From Octopus vulgaris (lineage: Eukaryota): 64,000 bases of DNA. Positions 23,901 through 35,500 of this stretch are shown here, piece after piece (within the stretch, counting starts at the first letter, position 1; the number at the start of each line of letters is the position of its first letter). The position numbers were made by a program, and so were the translations under genes. The DNA lies in the NCBI GenBank assembly GCA_951406725.2, contig OX597814.1:192324001-192388000 (forward strand), read 5' to 3'. Under the pieces are notes generated by a model. The model searched no databases. It was not told the DNA's origin and saw nothing but the letters and a program-made list of their open reading frames with translations.

Positions 23901-26380
23901 ACTTAATCACACTCATCGTTTAATGTCCACTTTCCATGGTGGCATGGGTTGGACGATTTGACTGAGGACTGGCAAAACCAGATGGCTGCACCAGGCTCTA
24001 ATCTTGATCAGACAGAGTTTCTACAGCTGGATGCCATTCCTAATGCTAACCACCCCGAGAGTGTAGTGGGTGCTTTTTACGTGCCACCAGTATGGGAGCC
24101 AGTCAGGAGGCACTGGCATCGACGACGCTTGAATGGTGCTTTTACGTGCCACTGGCATAAGGGCCAGTTAAGCGGTACTGGCAACGGCCATGCTCAAATG
24201 GTGCTTTTTACGTGCCACCTGCACAGGAGCCAGTCCAGCAGCACTGCCAACGACCTCGCTCAAATGTTTTTTGTAAACTCTGCTAACTTAAAAATAAGGA
24301 TAACAACTTGAAAAACTTTAGAAGTGCTGAATGTGTATTTGAGACAAAAAAAAACAGGAATGAATTGGGAATTAAATCTAAAAAGTAAAACTTACATTTA
24401 TTGCTTTTTTATTTTTGTCAATAGCTTTATTCAAGTCTTGCCACCAAAGTTCCGTATGGTGAAAGGGATAACTGTTTGAAGAATTAGCTAATTCCATTGA
24501 CATCTGAAGTTGAAAAAAAATTATCATCATCATGGTTTTACACTCATTTTTGTTTTTCATATTGGTATGGGATAGACAAGAATTATTAAGCCAGTTTTCT
24601 ACAGCTGGATACCACTTCCTGTTGCCAACCATTATCTGTTTTTCAATTAATGAATTTGTAAATTCCAGGGTCGGGTCCTTACACACAACAAAACTGGTGA
24701 GGGACGGATCATTTTCTTTACAACAAGCATAATCACTGGCAGCATTTTCTTTCACATGATGACAATGTAAAGACACCCAGAAACATTCACATACACAAAT
24801 TTTGGCAATGACCTCACTCGAATACACACACACACACACACACACATACACACGAGTGACTGAGGCTAAAGGTAGTGAGATATAAACCAGCATGTTCATT
24901 TTACCTTGAACAAATAAAGATCTTACCTGGGAAAGAGCTGCTTTTACATCAGCAGCAAGAGCTACAACAGGCCGAACATTATTACCCAATTCTTCTTGAT
25001 GGATATCCACCTAAGAAAGAGAGAGAAATCAATCGAGTGAACAAGTAAATAATGTACGAGATATTTTTTTCTGCCATCAAAATCATTGGAATATATATCT
25101 ACGAAGAATTTGTCAGTTATTTACCTGGATGACTTTGACATTTGGTTGGAAGCGAGGAGGAAGACCAAAGTGTAGAATCCAGTTCAAACGTGCACCAAGC
25201 AGAAGAATCACATCAGCTTCTCGAAGAGCTCTGCAAACATATTTCTGTCGTTTTAATTGTTATGTTGATAAAAATATTAATAAAAGTTATAAAGTATTAT
25301 TTTTAATTATTATAATCATGAGTTAAAAAGATTCAGGTGTGGCTGTGTGGTTAAGAAGCTTGCTTCCCAACTATGCCATCTCAGGTTCAGTCCAACAGGG
25401 CAGCACCTTAGGCAAGTATCTTCATTTTGAGTGGTGATATATATTTTAATGTCAGATTGTGATTTTTATACAGTATGTGTTGTGTGGAGTGTTGTTGAAA
25501 GAGGGTGGGTCATAGCAGCAGACTGTGTAGAGCTCTTAGCCTTGATGTGGTTCTTATATGTCTGTTCATGTTCTTCTTTATCATACCAATAAGGTTTAAT
25601 TTCATTGATAAGGTGCAGGTTTCTTTTATAAGTGCACCTTATAAACTGTCTAATGTTATACTGTGAGCCCTGAATACAGAGGATATGTGAAGGTTAGAAA
25701 GGAATGAGGCTAGTATGCTCCACTGGATGTGTAATGTAAGTGCACATGTTCAACAGAGTGCTAATGTTTTGAGAGAGAAGTTAGGCATAAGAGGAATACA
25801 GAGGATATGTGAAGGTTAGAAAGGAATGAGGCTAGTATGCTCCACTGGATGTGTAATGTAAGTGCACATGTTCAACAGAGTGCTAATGTTTTGAGAGAGA
25901 AGTTAGGCATAAGAGGAATTGGTTGCTGTGTGCAAGAGAAGACCGTGGTGGTTTGGTCATGTGATGCGGATGGATGCCAACAGTTCTGTAAAGAAATGCT
26001 GATCCCTCAAAGTGGATGGAAATGCAGAAGTAGGAAAGTAGGAGACCCAAGAAGCTGAACTTTGCAGGTAAGTTGACAAAGGACCAAGATACCTGGTGTC
26101 TAGCTGTACTCAAAATGATCCATACCCTGCAGCAGCAGTGTTAAGACCAATCCTTTTGGTGATGTAAAGCACTTATAGCCATGTCACATAAAAGTGCCCC
26201 ATGAGGTGCCATGTAAAAGCACACCCTGTAAGTGGTTGGTGCTAGGAAGAGCTTCAAGCCATAGAAACCATGTTGAATCGGACTGGAGATTGCCAGCTCT
26301 GGTCACACCATCCAACCCATGCCAGCATGGATAACAGACATTAAATGATGATGTTGATCACATACACACGTATGTATGTG

Positions 26381-26414
<34 letters not shown>

Positions 26415-26473
26415 TATATATACACATATGTATATACACACACACACACACACATATATATACACATATGTAT

Positions 26474-26504
<31 letters not shown>

Positions 26505-29500
26505 CACACACACACACATATATACACATATGTATATATATACACACACACATATATATACACATATGTATATATACACACACATACATATACAAACACA
26601 CATATATATACACACACACAAACATATATATACACATATGTATATATACACAAACACACACATATATATACACATGTATATATACACACACACACATATA
26701 TATACACATATGTATATATACACACACACACATATATATATATAAACACAAATGTACACACACACACATACATAAAGGTGCATATATATACATGTATTTA
26801 TAAGTATGTACATATGTGTGTGTGTGTGCGCGGTTTTAATTATAGAAAATTGTCAAGTATTGAAATTTTACTTTGATCTGGCTGCTGAAACACACTGCTT
26901 ATGGTTGTCTGGAACAACTCCTTTACCCATCGGGGTTGGAAGGAAAGGCAGTCCAGTAGCTGATAAAAAATGTTGCAGTTCCTTCTCAGCCTGGGAATAG
27001 GCAGCTCCTGAAAATAATTTTATAAAAACAAACATTACAAAAATAAATTACATTGAATACTATTGAAACAACACTGATATTGCAACATTTATTTACCATC
27101 CTAGATCACTTCAAAAGAAAAGTGATTTGATAGACTGGCATGAAGTTACCCAATAACATATTTCAACCATTGCCCCCACAAACTTGCTGTCTCCTCTCTC
27201 TGCTTTTTTTTTTACCACTACTACAATCAGGGTCAGATTAAGACCAATAGAGGCCTTAAGCACTTAAGAAATGTTGGTATCTTTATATATAGGTAATTCA
27301 AAATATAAACAATAATAATAAACCATAAAATAAATTTTTAGTAAAAAGCACCAACCACACTCTTGGAGTGGTTGGCGTTAGGAAGGGCATCCGGCAGTAG
27401 AAACTCTGCCAGATCAAGATTTGAGCCTGGTGCAGCCATCTGGTTCGCCAGCCCTCAGTCAAAATCGTCCAACCCATACTAGCATGGAAAGCGGACATTA
27501 AACGATGATGATGATGAAAATGAAACAAAACTAACAATAAGATGAGAAATAGTGCATTAAATTCCCCAGTTTAGAGACAGCCTCTAAAAAGGCCATGAGG
27601 CAGAGTACCTTCTTCCAAACTAAATCAAAATTAAAAGAAAAAGTAAGATAAAAATGCCTTTGTATGGAGAAAATTTCGGTATTTGTATTAGCATGGGTTG
27701 GACGATTTGACTGAGGACTGGCGAACCAGATGGCTGCACCAGGCTCCAATCTTGATCTGGCAGAGTTTCAACAGCTGGATGCCGTTCCTAACGCCAGCCA
27801 CTCCAAGAGTGTAGTGGGTGCTTTTATGTTCCTCCGGCATGGGGGCCAGTAAGGCGGTACTGGCAACGACCTCATTCGAATCTTTTTGATGGAAACACAG
27901 TAAAAGTGGTGTTTTAAACAACATTTAGCCTCTTGATGCAGAAGGAACTGCAAATATCTCAAGGTATGTGTTATTATGTAGAATGCTATCTTACCTTTAC
28001 CAATGATGACCAAAGGTTTATGAGCAGCGGAGAGGACTTGGAGGGCTTTTCTAATGTCTTCAAGAGGGGCATGTGCTCTTGGAGAATCAGGACACTTTTG
28101 GCACCATCTGTTGATAAATACAAGTTATTGGAACTATTTAATCGATTATATATCAAATTCAAAAATTATTTTACTGTACAAAAGTAAAAAAAAAAATGTT
28201 TTTTATATATATATATATATATAAAAATGCACTTAAAGGCAGATGGAGGACAAGAAACATGACATTAAAAATAAGAACCTTAAAAGGTAAGAAATGTGAA
28301 TACATATATATATATTCTTTTACTCCTTTCAGTCATTTGACTGTGGCCATGCTGGAGCATCGCCTTTAGTCGAGCAAATCAACCCCAGGACTTATTCTTT
28401 GTAAGCCTAGTATTTATTTTATCGGTCTCCTTTGCCGAACTGCCAAGTTACAGGGACATAAACACACCAGCATCGGTTGTCAAGCAATGTTGGGGGGACA
28501 AACACAGACAAACTTACACAGACACACACACACATATATATATATATATGTGTGTGTGTGTACAACCACACAGATGTTTTTAAGTTCCCTTAAAATTAAA
28601 CAGATAATACACAAATCTCACTCTGGAGAGGGTGTTGGTCTAGAGAATATTTTTGAACTCATTCATAGAAGCTGATGAATTGCTTGTCAGTTTTACAGGA
28701 CAGCATGTACCTAGAGTAAGTGCACAACCATGTGGTAACTACTTACAGCGGGGATTTATACCAACTTGTGGGATCTATTCACAAAAGGCTATTATACCTT
28801 AGCCTTTTGGCTAAGATCAAAGTGTAGTATCTGTTCTTATCAGCTTAACATCTGATACGGTCCCTATTTGGGGCCATCAATATTAAACTGATTTTTAGAA
28901 CGAGGCGAAGAGTTAGGGGCTTGCTCCGCCTTTGCCACGGGTTGGCCTGGTATTGCAGTGCTTCCAGGATTCAGCCCGTCTACAACGAGAGAAATTCCAT
29001 GGTGGTGCCCCAGCATGGCCACAGCTCGTGAGCTGAAACTAGATGAAATGAATACCACCCTTGATACCTGCTTACAGTAAGTGTTTAAAGTAGTCTGTAG
29101 TACTGATTTCTGACAAAGAATTCTACCACTGTATGGCACCAACTTACTGTAGGGATCTATACCAATTTGAGGACTTATTAACAACAGGTCATTAAACTGC
29201 CCTTGATACCAACTTACAATAAGGGTTAAAAGCAGCCTGTTGTAATGACTTCCAATAAGGAATTATATCATTGTGTGACACCTGTTTACCATAGGGAATT
29301 ATACTTCCTGTGATACCAATCTACAGCAGGGAATATATTATGCAGCAGCACTTAGCAGAGAATATAACATAATATAATATAAAGATAGAATATAATATAA
29401 AGATAGAAATTATAATGCATTGAAGTACCTAATTACAACAAGAAATATATTCTGTGGTACCAATTTATATCACAGAATTTTAATACCCAATGATTCATAG

Positions 29501-32500
29501 ACAGTAGTGAAGTATATAATCATGTGGTACCTAAATACAGCAAGGTTATAAAACCCTATAGTACCTATTGCCAGCAGAGGATTATACCACTGTAGGTACC
29601 TACTTGCAGTAAGAAATTTTACTTCCTGTGGCACTTGGTGCTGTGGTACCTACATATCCACCAGTAAGTGGAATATGAACCACAAACATCTCAGCTGGTT
29701 GTCTGTTACTGAATCACTTGACTATATATGTCCTCTTAACTAAGAATATAATGTTATGTTTTCATGTTAGTTGAAAACTAATCCAAACGTTTCTGTATCA
29801 TGAAACTAAAACAATTTGGATAAGGGTTGATAAAGCCAAAATACAAGCAAGCTTTGGTTCAAAGAAAAGTAGAGACTTTTTATAAACATGTACTCACACA
29901 ACTGAGGAAGAATCAACGGCAGCTGTTATCATATCAGCTGGTAGATCTAAGTAGCTAACTCCAGGACGTCCATAAAGAGAAATTCTTACAGCCTAATATG
30001 AAATGGAGAAAAGACTTTAAAGTTATATGATCAACATTATCATCATTTTATTTTCCAATAAATTTTCCAATATCACATATATAAGGGTAAAGGGTAAAGA
30101 CTCCCTTCAGTCATGAATGACCATGGGATTGCACCAAGAAGCTCCCCCTCCATGGCACAAGTCTGAGCAAGGTTGTTTTGGGGAAAGACCAGCAGTTGAC
30201 CATGCATATCAGTCTCTCATCTCCAAACCACTGATGTTGTCCAATGAAAAAGTAAAGGTTGATATAGCTTGACACCAGAAATGTGCAACTAATTTTTTCA
30301 GAGGAGTCAACTGGGGCAACATGAAATTAAGTGTCTTGCTCAAGAATACAACACACAGCCCAGTCTGGTAATCAGACTTTCAACCTAACAATTATAAGCT
30401 TGATGCTCTAACAACTGAGCCATGTGCCTTCACATATATACTTCATACAATATCATGTGTTGAGAGACTAAAGCAAGATAGAGGAACATGAAGAAGTGCC
30501 TTTTGTATTGAGAAGATGCATGGCTACCTGAATTATGGTGAAGGCACATGGCTCAGTGGTTAGGGCATCAGGCTGTGTGTTATGGTCTTGAGCAAGACAC
30601 TTTATTTCATGTTGCTCCTGTTCACTCAGCTGTAGAAATGAGCTGCGACGTCACTGGTACCAAGCTGTATTGGCCCTTTTTGCCTTTCCCTTGGATAACA
30701 CTGGTGGCATGGAGAGGAGAGGCTGATATGCATAGGCAAATAATGGTCTCCCATAAACAACCTTGCCCCAACTTGTACCTTGGAGAGTAACTTTCTAGGT
30801 GCAATCCCATGGTCATTCATGACTGAAAGAGGTCTTTACCTGTATTATATAAAGGTATCATTGAAAATAATTTCTCTTTTGCTCATAATCTAACAAATTA
30901 ACACAACATACATTTGAGCTGGACTGGCTCCTGTGCGGGTGGCATGTAAAAAACACCATTTCAGCGTGGCCGTTGCCAGTACTGCCTGACTGGCCCTCGT
31001 GCTGGTGGCACTCAGCTGTAGAAACTCTGCCAGATCAGATTGGAGCCTAGTGCAGCCATCTGGTTCACCAGTCCTCAGTCAAATCGTCCAACCCATGCCA
31101 GCATGGAAAGTGGACGTTAAACGATGAACAAACATCCAAAAATCCTTCCAAGTAATACATCCTTTATCTCTTTCCCCAATATGCTTCTCTCCAATATCAT
31201 CCCAATTCAAACCAACACAGTCTCATAATTCAGAACATTTGATGCCAATAACAGGCTCTTAAAAACTCATTTAAAACTTGCAGGTTTAAAGTTTTCATAA
31301 AAAATTTCTTGCTGAGAGAACACATTAAACACACACATAAGAACTGACCCCCTAAAAGAAAACAAATAAACAATTATCAATACTTACAGCTTCTACAAAA
31401 ACTGGAATCCGTTGTAGACAGCTGGGTCGGGCACTATACTTGCAGAAATTTCTGGCATATTCCACCTTAAAAAAAATGTAGTTTATTTTTTTGAAGTAAA
31501 AGTACACTTAATATGCACACAGATCTTACCCTGTTAATATATAAGAAAGAAATGCTAGACAAGGCCAGCAATTTTGGGGGAGGGGTAAGTCAATTACATC
31601 AACCCCATTGCTCAACTGATACTTATTTTATAGACTCCAGAAGGATGAAAGGCAAAGTCAACCTCAGTGGAATTTGAACTCAGAATATTCAGACAAGCAA
31701 AATGCTGCTAAGCATTTTAACCCAATTGTTAACAATTCTGCCAGCTCACCACTTAACATGTTCGACCCAGTATTAATAACAAAAAATAGAAGCAGAAATC
31801 ATTTTTTTTATCTTACATAGGCACAAGCGTGGCTGTGTAGTAGGAAGCTTGCTTCCCAACCACATGGTTCCGGGTTCAGTCCAGCTGTGTGGCACATTGG
31901 GCAAGTGTCTTCTACTATCGCCTCAGGCCAACCAAAGCCTTGAGAGTGGATTTGGTAGATGGAAACTGAAAGAAATCCATCATGTGTGTGTGTGTGTGTA
32001 CTTGTGTCTTTTTCTCTTCTATGTCTGAGGGAGGTGGTAAGGTTGGTGTTTTTAATAAAATTTTCTTTTTGTCAATCATATCATCATCTTTTAAGTTCAC
32101 TTTCCAAGTTGGATGGTTTGACAGTAGCTGACAAGCCAGAGAACTGCATCAAGTTCTGTCTGCTTTGGCATAGTTTTTATGGCTGAATACCCTTCCTAAC
32201 GCCAACCACTCTACAGAGTGTACTGGGTGCTTTTTATATGGCACCAGCAGGGTCGCCAAGTAACTTGCAAGACAAAGACCCCTCTTGACTGGGAAGAGGA
32301 GTAGTATTGAGGGAGGTGACTTTATGCCAGTTGATGAGAGGTTAAAAAGTATAATAAAAGGATAGAGTTCTATATTTAAGAGATGAGGAATTATGTACAT
32401 TATTTACATTTGACGGATATTTTTCCTCACCTTGTTTGTTGTTAACACAACGTTTCGGCTGATATACTCTCCAGCCTTCATCAGGTGTCTTGGGGGAAAT

Positions 32501-35500
32501 TTCGAACCTGGGTTCTCATTATTATTATTAGTGTTAGTGTTCAGGTCACTGCTTGGAATTGAACTCGGAATCTTGGGGTTAGTAGCCCACGCTCTTAACC
32601 ACTATGCCATATGCCCATTGTCTAATGTGTCTTTCCTTTCTTAAGATTGTAGAGTATAAATTGAACGAAATTTAGCTGCTATTTCTAAGCAGGTCCAGTA
32701 ACCACATGGAGGCTCCTTCATTGGCTTGGGTAGAATTAAAAATGGAAGTAACTTTGAAGAGTGCAGTTAAGAGTTGGGCGTAAGGTAAGAACATAAACCA
32801 AGCAATAGGGGATAACAAGAGTAAAGGCAGAGATGGTAAATGGTAATGATGGCAGCAGAGGACACAGTTGTAAACTGTCTCACCATTACCATAACCATCT
32901 CCTTCCATTATTATATAGATGATGGACAAAAGAAGTCAGACAACATATGCATCAGTATCTGAAGATATTCTTACCTGTGGGTATTCTTGAAAAGCTCCCA
33001 TGCCTTCCTGTTGTCTCTCACAAGAACCCCCAATAAGTAACATTGGCCTGGAAGAAATACACCAGGTTAATAAATCCCATTGAGAAGACTCAAAGCATTT
33101 AATAATACCGTTTTCCATGCTAACATAGGTTGGACGGTTCGACCGGAGTCTGGGAAGCCAGGAGGCTGCACCAGGCTCCAGTCTGAAACACTGCCAGATC
33201 AGACTGGAGCCTGGTGCAGCCTCCTGGCTTCTCAGACCCCGGTTGAACCGTCCAACCCATGTTAGCATGGAAAACGATGATGATGATGATGATGATGAAT
33301 ACATGAACAACGATGGTAAATTTTACAATATAGCTAAATGTAAATTGAATTTTTCATTTTAGTCTTATATAATCTTATGATCGTTGTTAAAACAACATTG
33401 TAGGATGTGATCACACAGCCATAACGAGATCACTGGTTGCTATGGTAATGAAGATGAAGATCAAACAAAGAGTAGGAACTGAAACTACACTGCATTGTGA
33501 AAAAAAAATTGTGGTTTAACATTGATGCTATCTGCAGCAACTTGCACCAACTTAATAATGATTTCTTTCAACTAAGCATCGAACAGTCTTAAAAAGTAAA
33601 ACACTGCTATTATTGGCTTGTTTACATTGCACAATATATTACTGGTACTTATTCTACTGATAAATGACAAACAAATACATACCAACAATTCTCCATAGCG
33701 TTGGAAGCACCAGCAAGAGCATGTACTAAACCAGGACCTGAGACTACAAGACAAGCTGCTGGTCTGAAAATATAAGAACAAATTATAGCATTGGGTGATA
33801 TTTAGGCAGAATTTTCTGTAGCACTGGATAAATATAACAACAATCTTTAATGGTGCTGGATACATTTTTGAGGCAAATCTTTGTAGTATTGTAGGGACTA
33901 CATTATATAGTGTTGGCAGATATAACAACTCTTTTATAGGAATTGGTAAATTGCAGTTCGTTTTTGGATTTGGTTTGCAAGATTCTTTATATGAGTTTGT
34001 GTATTGAAGCATATTCTGTTGTGTCTGGGGAGAGTCATTTTCTTTTTGTGCCTTATTATGTAACACACTCACCGGTAAAATTTCCACTTTTTTCTTATTT
34101 TTATTGTCCTAAAATTTTCATTGTGTCTTGCAACCTTTTCAATAGTTTTGAAAATTTTAGTACAATAAAAATAAGAAAGAAGTGGAAATTTTACCGGTGA
34201 GTGTGTTACATAATAAGGCACAAAAAGAAAATGACTCTCCCCAGACACAACAGAATTCTTTATAGCATTGGATAAATTTAACCATCTGCAGCAATAAACA
34301 AATAACAGGAAAACCTTTATAATTTGGGGGCAAATTTAGGGATAATTTTTCATAAAAATGATTAAAATTAGGGGTAATTCTTTTTTATAACATTGAGTAA
34401 ACTTAGAACAAATTCTTTGGAGTAATGAATAACTGTGGGAGCAATCATAGGTATGCTTTGATATATTTCAGGTTACTTTTTTTTATAGCATCAGGTAAAG
34501 TTAGCAATAGTGTTAGTGATTAAAGTCAGGGTAGATGTTTACCTGGCTTGTGAATCACAAAGATACACGGGGTTGGGGCTTATACTCAGTTTCCAGAATA
34601 TGAAACAAATGATAGGCAAATATCATTCCTTGACTACAAGACTGGTTTGTCACAGGAAACTCTCCCCACAGATGGAAACAGATTGAATTAAACCTATATT
34701 GCAAACTAATGTATTAATCATCAAATCCATATGTTGTTACTGATTACATCATTGTGTTGTTTATCATCTTGGGTCAATTCAGACTAGATAGAACTATGAT
34801 CAAAAAGCATTCCAGCTGTGACCATCCTATCTTCTATCCAGATATAAAGTATCTGGAACTACATTATCCAACATGTAGTTCCTTTTTGAATATGGTAGCG
34901 TATCTGGGATTTAAGGCTGTAATGTCTAAAATATCTCAGATTAACCATATAAAGTCTCTCTCATTGGCTCATGTTTCTTCTGGTGAGTTATAGCATCATG
35001 TGGTACACCTAGGTGGACTTAGCTACTTAGAGGCTAAAGCAACATACATATATGAATCACTAACATTCAAATCCTGCATTAAAGCATTAGAGGAATGCCT
35101 TGGATGTTTTTTCCAGAAATTTGTGGTCTGGGTTCAAATCCTGTCGTTGATCTAAAAAGGGGTGTTGTAACTGAATATAAACCATGTTGATGACTTCACC
35201 AGACCATTGAAAGCTGGCAAGTTTCATGAGAATTGCCTTAACTCTTTTAACAACCTTGGCAAAAAGAAAGTAAAAACTATTCGGAAATAGAAACATAGAG
35301 ACAAGTAACCACAACATGAAGAACTATTCCTGAAAATAAATCCAAACAGAAAGGTTACTAATGAATTCAAATGGAGATTAATACAAATTTCTAACATTGA
35401 CACAAAGCCACACATTTTGGAAGAGGATATGATGGCTCAATACAGGGCAGGCTTTGCTGGCTTCTGCTATCTTGCTGAACAAGAGGCAATGTTAAAGGTT

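Noticed and set aside
24378-25010. 210-aa single ORF
   Set aside because: It is HACL1 exons 11 and 12 joined by a 423-nt intron that happens to be open and in frame, containing a TG microsatellite. Good splice sites; the insert has no lyase similarity.
26303-26876. Six overlapping 105-166 aa ORFs (YICV/HTY-rich)
   Set aside because: Translations of a CA/TA microsatellite. The same applies at 48648-49042, 60897-61497 and 63047-63821.
28799-28978. Functional U2 snRNA gene
   Set aside because: The 5' nucleotides that pair with U6 are missing, the Sm site is variant, the upstream flank is minisatellite rather than a recognisable promoter, and a retro-tail and TSD are present.
28725-29655. CRISPR-like ~33-bp periodicity
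   Set aside because: Contiguous degenerate tandem units with no unique spacers.
32544-32616. Functional tRNA gene (also 6304, 10480, 57240-57318)
   Set aside because: Acceptor and T stems pair poorly and each continues into a shared repeat body, so these are SINE heads.
33572-34087. 171-aa ORF
   Set aside because: Runs through a foldback element and minisatellite and crosses HACL1 exon 4 out of frame.
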